From an uncultured Spirochaetota bacterium (GTDB taxonomy: Bacteria > Spirochaetota > Spirochaetia > SZUA-6 > Fen-1364): a stretch of 64,000 bases of DNA. The stretch spans positions 608,001 to 672,000 of the forward strand of contig CAWJSK010000012.1 in the NCBI GenBank assembly GCA_963845535.1, read 5' to 3'. Below are positions 50,757 through 60,207 of this stretch, piece by piece (position 1 is the first letter of the stretch; every line of letters begins with the position of its first letter). A program made the translations under genes and the position numbers. The notes beneath the pieces were generated by a model. It saw nothing but the letters and a program-made list of their open reading frames with translations. It had not been told where the DNA came from and made no database searches.

Positions 50757-51719
50757 AGGTCAACGCTCCCGGCAACATCATCTTGCTCGGGGAGTACGCT
50801 GTTCTGGAAGAAGGGGGCCTCGGCGTCGCTTGCGCCGTCGAAAGGCGCGTGCGCTTGGAGGCGCACCCTGCGCCGGACTTTCTCGTGGAAGCAGTCTGGC
50901 CCGGGGGCTCGTCCACGTGGACGCCGGGGGGAGGAACGGTTTCTCCCGTCGTCTCCGCGGCGTATCAGGTCGTCAACGAGTGGAGACGCAGCCAGAAGGC
51001 CGGGGACATCCCCGGCATGCGTGTCCGAATCGATTCGTCGGAGCTTTTCCTGGAGCACGGACGCAAAGCCGGATTCGGCTCCAGTGCGGCCGTTGCGGCG
51101 GCGCTCGTGATTGCACTGTGCGCCGGCCCGGCGCGCGCTCCAGACGGTCCGGACGCTACAGGCGCGCACCTCGCGCTGGCCGCACATCGCCTGGCCCAGG
51201 GGGGCGCCGGCAGCGGCTATGACGTATTTTGTTCCTTTTTCGGCGGCAGGGGGATGTTTCAGGGAGGACGCGTTCCAACCTGGAAGAAGCATCGGCCATC
51301 TCAGAAGCCTTTTGCAGATGCCCGGCTTTACCTGTTCCGTGGTCCGGCCGCGGTATCTACTCGGGGTGCCATCCAATCGTTTCTCCAATGGAAGGATCGA
51401 AACGCGGAACGCGCCCGCCGGTTCGTGGATGAGTCCAACAAGAACGTGAAAGCGTTCCTCGGCGCGGAAAGCACCAGGGAGGCAGGCGAGGCGCTGCGGA
51501 AAGGCCGGGAAACGGCTGTCGCTTTGGGAGATGAGATCGGCGTGGAAGCCCGCATACCGGCGCCGGCTCGGAATTGACCCGGACCTTTGCAAGGCGCTCG
51601 GCGCCGGAAACGAGCTGGGTGCATACATATGGCTTCCCGGCATGCCGGAACCCCCGGAAGGGTCGAGCCTCACGTTTGTCGACGTTTCCTCCCGTGGAGT
51701 CATATGGGATCCTCCTTAG
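50753..51719 (+). CDS. Phosphomevalonate kinase-like GHMP kinase, one frameshift near 51560-51575
   Basis: APGNIILLGEYAVLE, KAGFGSSAA, GSGYD. The C-terminal KALGAGNE motif is in the frame of ORF 51531..51719. Confidence 0.75.
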
Positions 51720-52681
51720 GAGCGGAAGCAACGGGCAGGGGGTGCGGCAAGTTGATCTTGTTCGGAGAGCACGCCGCCGTGTTCGGTTTTCCAGCTCTCG
51801 GCGTCTCCCTTCCCGAGCAAACCAGGGTCGTCTTTCGCGGCCCCCCGCTGGCGTCCTGGGACCTCGCGGGCGTTCCCGCGGCGGACCAAGAGGTTGTACG
51901 GCGCATTCTGGACAAGGTGTCTGCCGTGCTGCCGGAGCTTCGCGGCTGCGGCGGGAGAGCCGTCAGGATCGAGTCCTCGGTTGTCCGCGGCGTGGGCTTC
52001 GGAAGCTCGGCCGCGCTTTGCGCTGCCACGGCGGCTGCCGCCATAGATCTCATCGGAGGCACGGAGCCAGCGGCCCTTTCGCGCGTATGGGAGGTGGCAC
52101 ACGAGTTGGAGCGCGTATTCCACGGAACCCCCTCGGGAATCGACACAGGCCTTTCCCTTCTGCCGGGCCTGACCGCTTTTTCCCCGAGGCCGCCGGCGCT
52201 TCCGGCCTGGGAGCGCGTCGAAAGCGCGTTGTGGGTCGTTGTCGGCGCCCTGCCCCGGTCGACAAGCACCGGCGCGCTGGTCCGCGGCGTCGGCGAGCGC
52301 ATGCGCTCGGGAGATCCGGCGGTGCGCGGCTCGCTTTCCATGCTGGGGGGGATGGCGGCTCGGGCCAGGGAGCTCCTCAGGGACAAAAGCGCTCGCGATG
52401 AAGAGCCGACGGCATCGGGCATCGGCAGGCTTGCTGACGAAGCCATGCGGGGGCTCGCTGCCCTCGGCTTGAGTAATCCATCTCTCGAGGTGCTGCTGGA
52501 GGAAGGCAGACGGTCGGGCGCGCGGGGGGGAAAGTTGAGTGGAGCCGGCGGAGGCGGCGCGTTCTTCCTGGTTTGCAGTGACGCGCAGGCCGCCGATCGG
52601 ACGGCACAGAGGCTTGTGCAATTTGCGGGCGGCCGCGGCATCAGCTTTGCGGCGACTCCGCGCGTATTGCGGGTGGGTTGA
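51704..52681 (+). CDS. mvk: Mevalonate kinase
   Basis: GKLILFGEHAAVFG, GVGFGSSAA, ERVFHGTPSGID, GKLSGAGGGG. Confidence 0.9.
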   Translation: MGSSLGAEATGRGCGKLILFGEHAAVFGFPALGVSLPEQTRVVFRGPPLASWDLAGVPAADQEVVRRILDKVSAVLPELRGCGGRAVRIESSVVRGVGFGSSAALCAATAAAAIDLIGGTEPAALSRVWEVAHELERVFHGTPSGIDTGLSLLPGLTAFSPRPPALPAWERVESALWVVVGALPRSTSTGALVRGVGERMRSGDPAVRGSLSMLGGMAARARELLRDKSARDEEPTASGIGRLADEAMRGLAALGLSNPSLEVLLEEGRRSGARGGKLSGAGGGGAFFLVCSDAQAADRTAQRLVQFAGGRGISFAATPRVLRVG

Positions 52682-52711
52682 AAGGGAGCGCACGATGAAA
52701 GGGAGCGCACG

Positions 52712-53463
52712 ATGAAACAAGAAGTTTTGGAATCGGACCGCGTTTCGATGGTGAAGTCTCCGAAGCGCCTGGCAAGAATCGCCGGCGTCCTCTACCTGCT
52801 GGTCGGCATCTTCGGCGGCTTCGCCGAAGGGTATGTTGATCCCCGGATGTACGCTCCCGGGGGCGCGGCGGCAACGGCGGCGAACCTCGCGGCGAATCCC
52901 GGCTTTGTCCGCCTGGGCGTCGTTGCGCATCTGCTGGACGGGACGTTCTTTGTCTTTCTGGCCATGACCCTCTACGTCCTGCTCCAGCACGTGCACAAGA
53001 GCGTGGCGAGGGCAATGCTGATCCTCGTGGCGCTTGCCACCGGTATCATTTGTCTCAATGCGGTTTTCCAGTTCGAGGCTTTGCGGGTCGCTACCGAGGG
53101 TCCTACGCGGCGGCCTTTGGCGCAGCGGGCTCAAACGCTCTCGCGCTGCTGTTGCTCGACACCCAGCATTACGGGACTTTGATCGCGCAGGTCTTTTTCG
53201 GCCTCTGGCTGGTGCCGATTGGGTACCTGGCGTACAAATCGGCAGGGTGGTTTCCGAAATGGCTCGGCGTGGTTCTTGTGATCGGCGGCGTTTGTTACCT
53301 GGTAGACTTGGTGGCCGCGTTCCTGGCACTGGGCTTCGGCCAAAAGATTCACGCTTTCGACGTTATTCCCTCAGCAGTTGCTGAAGTCGTGATTGTCCTG
53401 TACTTGCTCGTGATTGGCGTTAAGACCTCAAAAACGGAGAAGCACGTTCCCGGCGCCACCTGA
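52712..53463 (+). CDS. DUF4386-family membrane protein, frameshift near 53100
   Basis: ARIAGVLYL in ORF 52712..53182 continues in ORF 53050..53463 (IAQVFFGLWLVPIGYLAYKS..FPKWLG...LLVIGV). Confidence 0.75.
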
Positions 53464-53534
53464 TCTTTGTCGCGCGAGCGCCGAGCGCTGCAAGAGTGAG
53501 CGCGCCAAAGTGGGCACTGCCCACCTAGCAAAAC

Positions 53535-53568
53535 CGCAATTTTCGCAACTAAACTTGCAAAAATTGCG
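53535..53568. terminator. AT-rich inverted repeat between convergent genes (possible terminator or binding site)
   Basis: CGCAATTTTCGCAA-N6-TTGCAAAAATTGCG, 13 of 14 positions complementary. Confidence 0.35.
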
Positions 53569-53638
53569 AATTCGATAGGCTTGTGACTCAGTGTCTCGGC
53601 AAATCGTCGACTCGGTGGCTATGCACTCGCAGTGGCCA

Positions 53639-54748
53639 TCAGCCGCGCGCAAACGCCTCCGCCCTGAGAAACGCGTTGAGCTGGGCGCTGAACGCTGATT
53701 CCCGCCAGGTGGTGGCCCGACGAAGGGACGGGATGTCGCGACAGCCCGTGAGAACCATGACCGTCCGCAGTGTCTTTTCGAGCCTTCGGAAAAAGCCGAT
53801 CACCGCGTCAGCTCCGCCCGCGGTCACCTCCCTGATTACAGGGAGCGCAAATCCGACCATTTGCGCGCCCATGGCGAGCGCCTTTGCGGCGTCCAGCCCA
53901 CCGCGCACTCCCCCGGAGGCAAGAAGGCGAATCTGCGTGCCGCCAAAGGACGCCAGAAGCAGGGCCGTGGGAATCCCCCAGTCACTGAATTGCTCCGCCG
54001 TGGCAAGCTCTGCTTCCGGGAGACGGTAGGACTCGACGAGGATCCAGTTGGTGCCGCCCGCGCCTGCCAGGTCCACATAGGCGGCCCCGGAGGCAAGAAG
54101 CTCCCGTGCAAGGTGAGGCGCAATCCCGAACCCGGTTTCCTTGACAATCACGGGCAGGGGACATTCCTCGCACACGCGCGCAATGGTTTCCTTCAACCCG
54201 CGGAAATCCCTGTCCCCCTCGGGCTGAAACAGCTCCTGTCCGGCGTTCACATGGATGACGAGCGCCTGGGCTTCAAGGCGCTTGAGCAGCTCGTAGACCG
54301 CCGGCCGATCCATGTCCCTCAACTGGACCGCCCCGAGGTTGGCCAGGATGGGAACGTTGGGAGCAAGGGGTTTCATGTTGAAATGGGTGAAGAGCTCGGG
54401 ATTCTCGACAAGCACCCTCATGGAGCCAAGACCCACGGGAATACAAAGCGCCTCCGCGGCGCGCGCAAGCTCCTTGTTGGCCTTGAAGCCCCCCGCGGAC
54501 CCTCCTGTCATGCAGGAAATAAAGAAGGGAAGCTTGACGTGATAGCCCAGGAAGTCAACGCCGGTGTCGAGCTCGGTTTCGTTCAGCTCCGGCAAGGCGA
54601 TGTGGACGAACCGTACGCCGCCGAATCCGCCGCCTTTTCCTTCAACGGAGTATCGGGACGGGTCGGTGCAGATCGCCAGGTGCCCCGCTTTCCTTGAGGT
54701 GGTCTCCCGGCTCCTTTTCCCCTGTGAACGCGTACTCACGGTATCCAT
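53639..54748 (-). CDS. fni: Type 2 isopentenyl-diphosphate delta-isomerase (FMN-dependent)
   Basis: RKAGHL, HIALPEL, ISCMTGG, GSMR, ANLGAVQ, QELFQPEGDRDF, IVKETGFG, GAGGTNW, ASGGVR. Confidence 0.93.
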   Translation of the reverse strand: MDTVSTRSQGKRSRETTSRKAGHLAICTDPSRYSVEGKGGGFGGVRFVHIALPELNETELDTGVDFLGYHVKLPFFISCMTGGSAGGFKANKELARAAEALCIPVGLGSMRVLVENPELFTHFNMKPLAPNVPILANLGAVQLRDMDRPAVYELLKRLEAQALVIHVNAGQELFQPEGDRDFRGLKETIARVCEECPLPVIVKETGFGIAPHLARELLASGAAYVDLAGAGGTNWILVESYRLPEAELATAEQFSDWGIPTALLLASFGGTQIRLLASGGVRGGLDAAKALAMGAQMVGFALPVIREVTAGGADAVIGFFRRLEKTLRTVMVLTGCRDIPSLRRATTWRESAFSAQLNAFLRAEAFARG

Positions 54749-56003
54749 CCTTCCGTATTCCGTTCAGCACGAATGCCCTGGAGGGCGGCTTGACATGGGA
54801 AAGAAGCTCGGCATACAGCTCAGGCTGGGCGGGGCCGGCAATCCACGCCTCATACTCCTCAAAGCCCGCCCGTCGGGCGGAGCTCAGCACCCGGTCAAGG
54901 CCCCAATGGGAAATGACCTTGGGCGCTTCAGGGGCCACGCGGCCGGCAAAGACGATCATCGTGTTTCCGCTTCCGTAGGAGGCGAAGAGCAGCCGCTTGC
55001 CCACGATCCCCTCACCAAGCGCCTGGTAGCGTTCGTGGAGAAGGAACGCAAGCACGGCGAAAAGGGAGCCGTTGTATATGTTGCCGATCCTGCCAAGAGG
55101 ATCAACGCCGGAAGCAAAGCTCTTTTCCTCCAGGAAGGACTTTGTCCGTGCCGCGTCGAAACCAAGGATGCGCTCGAAAAGCTTGGCAAGCGCCGTCTCC
55201 GGCATTCGGCGGAAAGGAGCGTGCAGGATGAAGTAGTCGGTGGACAGGAGCTCCTCATCAGGTTTCGCGCCCCTTCGGGTGCAATAGTCGAGGAATGCGT
55301 CGTGAAGGCTCTCCCAGTAGCACTTCATGGAATAGCTCCCGTTGACGCGGGCCGTTATGGACCCCAGCGGACGGAAGAAATCATCCACGTCCCTCGAGCA
55401 GAACCCGAGATTCGTGATATCCAGCTCCACCAGCCGGGGAGATGACTCCACAAGAAGGGACACCGCGCCGGCGCCCTGCGTGATCTCCGCGGTGGATTTC
55501 GTTTCATAGCGGGCGATGTCGGTGCTGAGGACAAGCCCTGAATCACCCGCCTTGCCCCCGGCGGCAAGAAGGCCTGCAACGCTGAGAAGGCCGAAAGTCC
55601 CGCCGGCGCACGCATGCTGGGTCTGGAAGCTGGAGAGGGAGGTTGGCAGCCGGATGCCGGCTTTCTGGAGCATGCCTTGCACGTAGGCGGACACCGGCTT
55701 GGAATGGTCAACGCCCGTCTCCGTGCCGACGATCAGGTGCCGGAGAGAGTCCATGTCCAGGCCGGGGTTCCTGGCAAACAGGTCGTAGGCGGAGCTGGCG
55801 GCAAGCGTTGCGCTGTCCTCCCAGAGCTCAGGGAACCGGAACGCCGTCTGCCCGGTCACGCGTCCTGCCCGTTCGAGGTGTCTGTCCAGCATGGGGTTGT
55901 CACGAACCCGTTTTTCGACGAGAGCTTCCACATCCATTTCCGGGGGAGGCACATATATCCCCAAGTCACTGATGCCAACGCTTCTGTCCTGCCTGCTTTT
56001 CAC
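54642..56003 (-). CDS. mvaS: HMG-CoA synthase
   Basis: EDSATLAA, GTETGVDHSKP, QHACAGGT, EITQGAGAV, DFFRP, LHAPF, IGNIYNGS, SYGSG. GGAGG then GTG at 56003. Confidence 0.92.
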   Translation of the reverse strand: MKSRQDRSVGISDLGIYVPPPEMDVEALVEKRVRDNPMLDRHLERAGRVTGQTAFRFPELWEDSATLAASSAYDLFARNPGLDMDSLRHLIVGTETGVDHSKPVSAYVQGMLQKAGIRLPTSLSSFQTQHACAGGTFGLLSVAGLLAAGGKAGDSGLVLSTDIARYETKSTAEITQGAGAVSLLVESSPRLVELDITNLGFCSRDVDDFFRPLGSITARVNGSYSMKCYWESLHDAFLDYCTRRGAKPDEELLSTDYFILHAPFRRMPETALAKLFERILGFDAARTKSFLEEKSFASGVDPLGRIGNIYNGSLFAVLAFLLHERYQALGEGIVGKRLLFASYGSGNTMIVFAGRVAPEAPKVISHWGLDRVLSSARRAGFEEYEAWIAGPAQPELYAELLSHVKPPSRAFVLNGIRKDGYREYAFTGEKEPGDHLKESGAPGDLHRPVPILR

Positions 56004-56344
56004 TTGCAACCCTCCGATGCGTACCATGCCGGGCAATGTTCAGCATGGCAAATAGTGTGAGAATCACAGCCCCCAAGGGCAAATATACACGCTTTAGGCC
56101 ACCGCTTAAACAGTCATGTCTGGCCTCATTGATATAGCAAGAAAAATGCCAAGACGGCCTCCAATTGGATATTTCAATTGGTTATATTGCAAGTAATTAA
56201 CGACATGCTCATATTCGTGTGAAGAAAGTTGGCCGTTCGTCTGCTTTTCTGTTATTTGCTTTCTGAATTTAATAACCGGGGAAGAGGCTTGCGCCCCCTC
56301 CCCGGCCTTTGCGTTCAAGAGATTACGATCTAATACGCGTCGTT

Positions 56345-57304
56345 CTAATACGCGTCGTTGAGGTACTGGCTCACGTTGTCAGCAGTCACGGTGACGCTCG
56401 GCTCGATATTGATCTTGTCGAACTTCTGACCCATGAGAATCTTCTTGGCAAGCTGCACTGCGCGTCCGCCCAGCGTGGGGAAGTACGACATGGAGCAGCC
56501 ATAGAGCGGGTTCTTGTCGCTCATGAGCTTATACGCCGTCTTGCCGCCGCCCGTGCCGGTGACGAACTGGATGTCGGTGCGCCCGGCATTCTTGATTGCC
56601 GTGAGCGCTCCCACCGCGGCTTCGTCGTCCTGCGTGTACACCGCGTCGATGTGCGGATAGGCGGGAAGAATGTTGGACATGGCCTTCAGTCCGGCGTTCT
56701 GGTTGAACTCGCCGTCGCCTTCCACAAGCACCTTGATGTCAGGGTAGTTGGCCTTCAGAGTGTCCATGAATCCGTTGTAGCGCTGCAAGTCAATCGGGGT
56801 GCCCACGTAGCTCCTGAGCACCGCAATCTGCCCCTTGCCCTTCAGACGGTCTCCCAGGTACTTCGCCGCGCCCTTGCCGCACTGCGCGTTGTCCCCACCG
56901 TAGAACACGGTGTAGGTGTCCCCCTCGATGGCCCGGTCAATGATGAACAGCTTCGTGCCCGCCTTGTATATCTCCTGGCAGATCGGGGTCATCAGCGTCC
57001 CGTTGCCCGGCAGCACCATGATCATGTCATAGCCGCCCGCCTTGAACGTCTGCAGCATGTTGAGCTGGTCCGCGTCATCCACGGCGTTTTTCACCGTGAA
57101 ATCGAACTTGTCGGTGTCCTTGGCCACCTCCGCGTTGACGGAGTCCAAAAGCTTCGCCTGCCACGCGTTGTTTGCCGGGGGCAGGGAAATGGCCACGCGG
57201 AACTTCTTTCCAGCCGCCGCGCCGCCTTCCTTGGTCCCGTTGGCAAACACCGCCAGCGGCAGCAGCACGAGGGCTGCCACCATCACGAGTACAGATCTTT
57301 TCAT
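56345..57304 (-). CDS. Sugar ABC transporter substrate-binding protein (RbsB-like)
   Basis: Signal peptide MKRSVLVMVAALVLLPLAVFA; IIDR, GGDNAQCG, RYNGF, YTQDDEAAVGA. Confidence 0.92.
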   Translation of the reverse strand: MKRSVLVMVAALVLLPLAVFANGTKEGGAAAGKKFRVAISLPPANNAWQAKLLDSVNAEVAKDTDKFDFTVKNAVDDADQLNMLQTFKAGGYDMIMVLPGNGTLMTPICQEIYKAGTKLFIIDRAIEGDTYTVFYGGDNAQCGKGAAKYLGDRLKGKGQIAVLRSYVGTPIDLQRYNGFMDTLKANYPDIKVLVEGDGEFNQNAGLKAMSNILPAYPHIDAVYTQDDEAAVGALTAIKNAGRTDIQFVTGTGGGKTAYKLMSDKNPLYGCSMSYFPTLGGRAVQLAKKILMGQKFDKINIEPSVTVTADNVSQYLNDAY

Positions 57305-57336
57305 CAAGATCCTCCTTGGAGAAACTGTATGTCTCA

Positions 57337-58326
57337 TTATCGCTCCCGTCTCTGCATTAGAACCGCAAAGAGTATCACGGCACCCTTCACGGCCCCCGAG
57401 AGATAAGGCGATATATTGAGCATGATCATCATGTTGTTGACTATCCCCAGGATGATGAAACCGACAATGCTTCCTATGATGCGACCCTTGCCGCCAGCGA
57501 GGGACGTGCCGCCGACAATCACCGCCGTGATTGCCTCGAACTCGTAATTGGACCCGGAGGTCGTTGCGGCAACCGCCGCCATCCGCGACATCTCGATCAC
57601 CGCGGCAATTCCCGTGCACAAGCCAACGATCATGTAGGTAGCAATACGGATGCGGTCCACCTTGATCCCCGAGAAGCGCGCCGCGTTCTCGTTCCCGCCC
57701 ACCGCGAACACGTACGTGCCGAACTTCGTGCGCGTGAGGATTATATGGAAGACGATTGCCATGAGGATGGCGACAACGAACGGAATGGGGACGCGGAGCC
57801 AGGAGCCGTTTCCGATGTTTGTGAACTGGGGAATGTTGTTCCCCATCACCGTGGCCCCGCGCATGAAATACATGACGAGGGACCTCGCAAGGATTCCCAC
57901 CGCCAGCGTGACAATGAAGGGGGGAAGGTTGGCCTTGGTGATGATGATCCCGTTCAAGAAGCCGAATGCCGTGGCAACGGCAATGCATGCAAGGATGGCA
58001 ACAACCAGCGGAACCGCGGGACTGCCGTCCGCGTTGACCATGCGCTGCAGAAGGATGAGCACCGCTCCTGCCGTGGCAAGGACGGGCCCGCTTGAAAGGT
58101 CGATGCCCCCGGCAATGATCACCAGCGTCATGCCAAGCGCAATGGCCCCGATGGTCGATGTATTCCTCAAAATGTTCAGCAGGTTGTCCATCAAGAGGAA
58201 GCGCGGCGCCGCCAACCCGCAGATGCCGATGATTGCGATGAACACGACCAGGATGCTGTAATTTCGCCAGATGTTCCTCGCCAGAGAGAGAACCTTGTTG
58301 TCCATCTGTCGTTCGAGGGCCACCAT
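57337..58326 (-). CDS. Sugar ABC transporter permease (RbsC-like)
   Basis: GGIDLSSG, LPPFIVTL, AVGGNENAARFSGI, YEFEAITAVIVGGTSLAGGKG. Confidence 0.95.
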   Translation of the reverse strand: MVALERQMDNKVLSLARNIWRNYSILVVFIAIIGICGLAAPRFLLMDNLLNILRNTSTIGAIALGMTLVIIAGGIDLSSGPVLATAGAVLILLQRMVNADGSPAVPLVVAILACIAVATAFGFLNGIIITKANLPPFIVTLAVGILARSLVMYFMRGATVMGNNIPQFTNIGNGSWLRVPIPFVVAILMAIVFHIILTRTKFGTYVFAVGGNENAARFSGIKVDRIRIATYMIVGLCTGIAAVIEMSRMAAVAATTSGSNYEFEAITAVIVGGTSLAGGKGRIIGSIVGFIILGIVNNMMIMLNISPYLSGAVKGAVILFAVLMQRRER

Positions 58327-58328
58327 GT

Positions 58329-59828
58329 CTATCCTTCTCCTGCCCGCACGTCTGTCGCGTAGTACATGATTTTTTCCTCGTTCATCTCGGACGCGTTCAA
58401 GGTCCCGGTGATGCGCCCTTCATGCATGATCACAACCCGTTCGCAGATGCTCAGGATCTCCGGCAGGTCGGAAGACACCACCACGATGGCCACGCCCTCC
58501 GCGGCCAGCTCCTTGATGATCTGATAGAGCTCCTGCCGGGCCCCCACGTCCACACCGCGGGTTGGCTCGTCCAGCACCAATACCTTGGCCCCGGAGAGCA
58601 GCCACTTCGCAAGGGCCACCTTCTGCTGGTTGCCCCCGGAGAGGTTGCTCACGTGCTGCGCGGGGCTTGCGCAGCGGATCCCGAGCCTCTGGATCATTCT
58701 CTTCGCGTTGGCCGCTGAGATCTTCTTGCCCTTGAACACTCCCAGCGTCTTCCGCCAGTACACGTAGTTGGAGTTGTCCACGATATCACGGCAGAGAACC
58801 AGCCCGGTCTCCTTGCGGTCCTCTGTCACGAACCCCAGGTCGCACCTGATGGCATCGATTGCGCTCCTGATGGTCACGGGCTTTCCCTGGATGAGCACGC
58901 TGCCCTTCTCGGGCTTGCGGAGGCCGAAGATCACTTCCATCAGCTCCGTCCTTCCCGCTCCCACCAGCCCGCTGAACCCCAGGATCTCTCCCCGGCGCAC
59001 CTGAAAGCTCACCCCTTTCAGGAGCTTGTCAGTCACCTCACGCGCTTCCAGCATCACCGTGTCCGGGTCACCGGCAAAGTCCGATGCCCGGGACTCCTTG
59101 ACTTCCCGCCCAACCATCAGCGCAGCAATCTGCTGCGCCGTGACCTCCGAGACGTCCCGCGTGGCCACAAGCGACCCGTCTCTCAACACTGTCACCTGGT
59201 GGCACACGTCAATGATCTCTTTCAGGCGGTGGGAGATGTACACAACCGCTATGCCCTGGTCACTCAGGGAGGCAATCAGGTCGAAAAGCACCCGTGTCTC
59301 CTTGCCGGTAAGCACGGAGGTGGGCTCATCCATCACAAGCAGCTCGACGTTGAAGCTGATGGCCTTCGCAATCTCCACCATCTGCTTCTGAGCGATCTTC
59401 AGGTCTCTCACTTTGCGCCGGGGGTCGATCTTCTCCCCCAGCCTGCTCAAGGTGGTCGCGGCCTCTTCGTTCATCCTGGCAAAATTGATCAATCCCGAGG
59501 AGCCCCGCGGCTCGCGGCACAGAAAGATGTTCTGCGCCACTGTCAGCTCGTTCAGCAGGTTCAGCTCCTGGTGGATCATGGACACCCCGAGCCGTTGCAT
59601 CTCCATGGGCGTGGCGTTCCTCCGTACGGATGCGCCTTTGAGCACGATCTCTCCGGCATCCTGAGCGTGGATGCCTGAGAGGATTTTCATCAGCGTTGAT
59701 TTGCCCGCGCCATTTTCCCCGCAGAGGCCCATGATCTGGCCCTTCTTGACGTCGAAGTTCACCTTGTGCAGCACTTCCACGCCGAAGAAGCTCTTGCTGA
59801 TCCCCTGCATGTTGAGCATCATCGCCAT
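58329..59828 (-). CDS. Sugar ABC transporter ATP-binding protein (RbsA-like, two NBDs)
   Basis: GENGAGKSTL, MDEPTS, GLVGAGRTE, LSGGNQQKV, LDEPTRGVDVG. Confidence 0.95.
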   Translation of the reverse strand: MAMMLNMQGISKSFFGVEVLHKVNFDVKKGQIMGLCGENGAGKSTLMKILSGIHAQDAGEIVLKGASVRRNATPMEMQRLGVSMIHQELNLLNELTVAQNIFLCREPRGSSGLINFARMNEEAATTLSRLGEKIDPRRKVRDLKIAQKQMVEIAKAISFNVELLVMDEPTSVLTGKETRVLFDLIASLSDQGIAVVYISHRLKEIIDVCHQVTVLRDGSLVATRDVSEVTAQQIAALMVGREVKESRASDFAGDPDTVMLEAREVTDKLLKGVSFQVRRGEILGFSGLVGAGRTELMEVIFGLRKPEKGSVLIQGKPVTIRSAIDAIRCDLGFVTEDRKETGLVLCRDIVDNSNYVYWRKTLGVFKGKKISAANAKRMIQRLGIRCASPAQHVSNLSGGNQQKVALAKWLLSGAKVLVLDEPTRGVDVGARQELYQIIKELAAEGVAIVVVSSDLPEILSICERVVIMHEGRITGTLNASEMNEEKIMYYATDVRAGEG

Positions 59829-60049
59829 AGCTCACGTCCTGTCACACCAGCCACGCTCGCACTCCCTCATCGAAAGGCCGTGACCCTGGGTCCCTGAACC
59901 TCAAGAGTAGCAGTTAAAGGAACGCGGAAGCCTTTTGCCGCGCACCTTCCCCCTCCATCGCTCCCTGGCAAGTTCTCTTAAAATCTCGCTAAGCGCTGGA
60001 GTATCGTTTTTTGTTGCTTTTTTTTTCTTGTTATCGATTGTTGAGTTAT

Positions 60050-60079
60050 ATACTAGACACCGCCCCAGCGATTTGTCAA
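60050..60079 (-). promoter_or_regulatory. Candidate sigma70 promoter for the sugar ABC operon
   Basis: Minus strand TTGACA-N18-TAGTAT in an AT-rich intergenic region. Confidence 0.45.
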
Positions 60080-60207
60080 TATGTTAAGATTGCAAAACCG
60101 CACGCTAATATGCCTCAACGTTTTGCCTTAAATTGGAGCTAATCAAGGGTATCATGCACCGCGTATCCTGCGCTGCCGAGCCTCCCGTTCTATTGCTTCA
60201 GTGACGT

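Noticed and set aside
56106..56318. 70-aa ORF in an AT-rich intergenic stretch
   Set aside because: Short, atypical composition and no motif; more likely terminator/promoter DNA between the ABC operon and mvaS.
59830..60050. Long leader of the sugar ABC operon as an ncRNA
   Set aside because: No recognisable conserved structure or motif.
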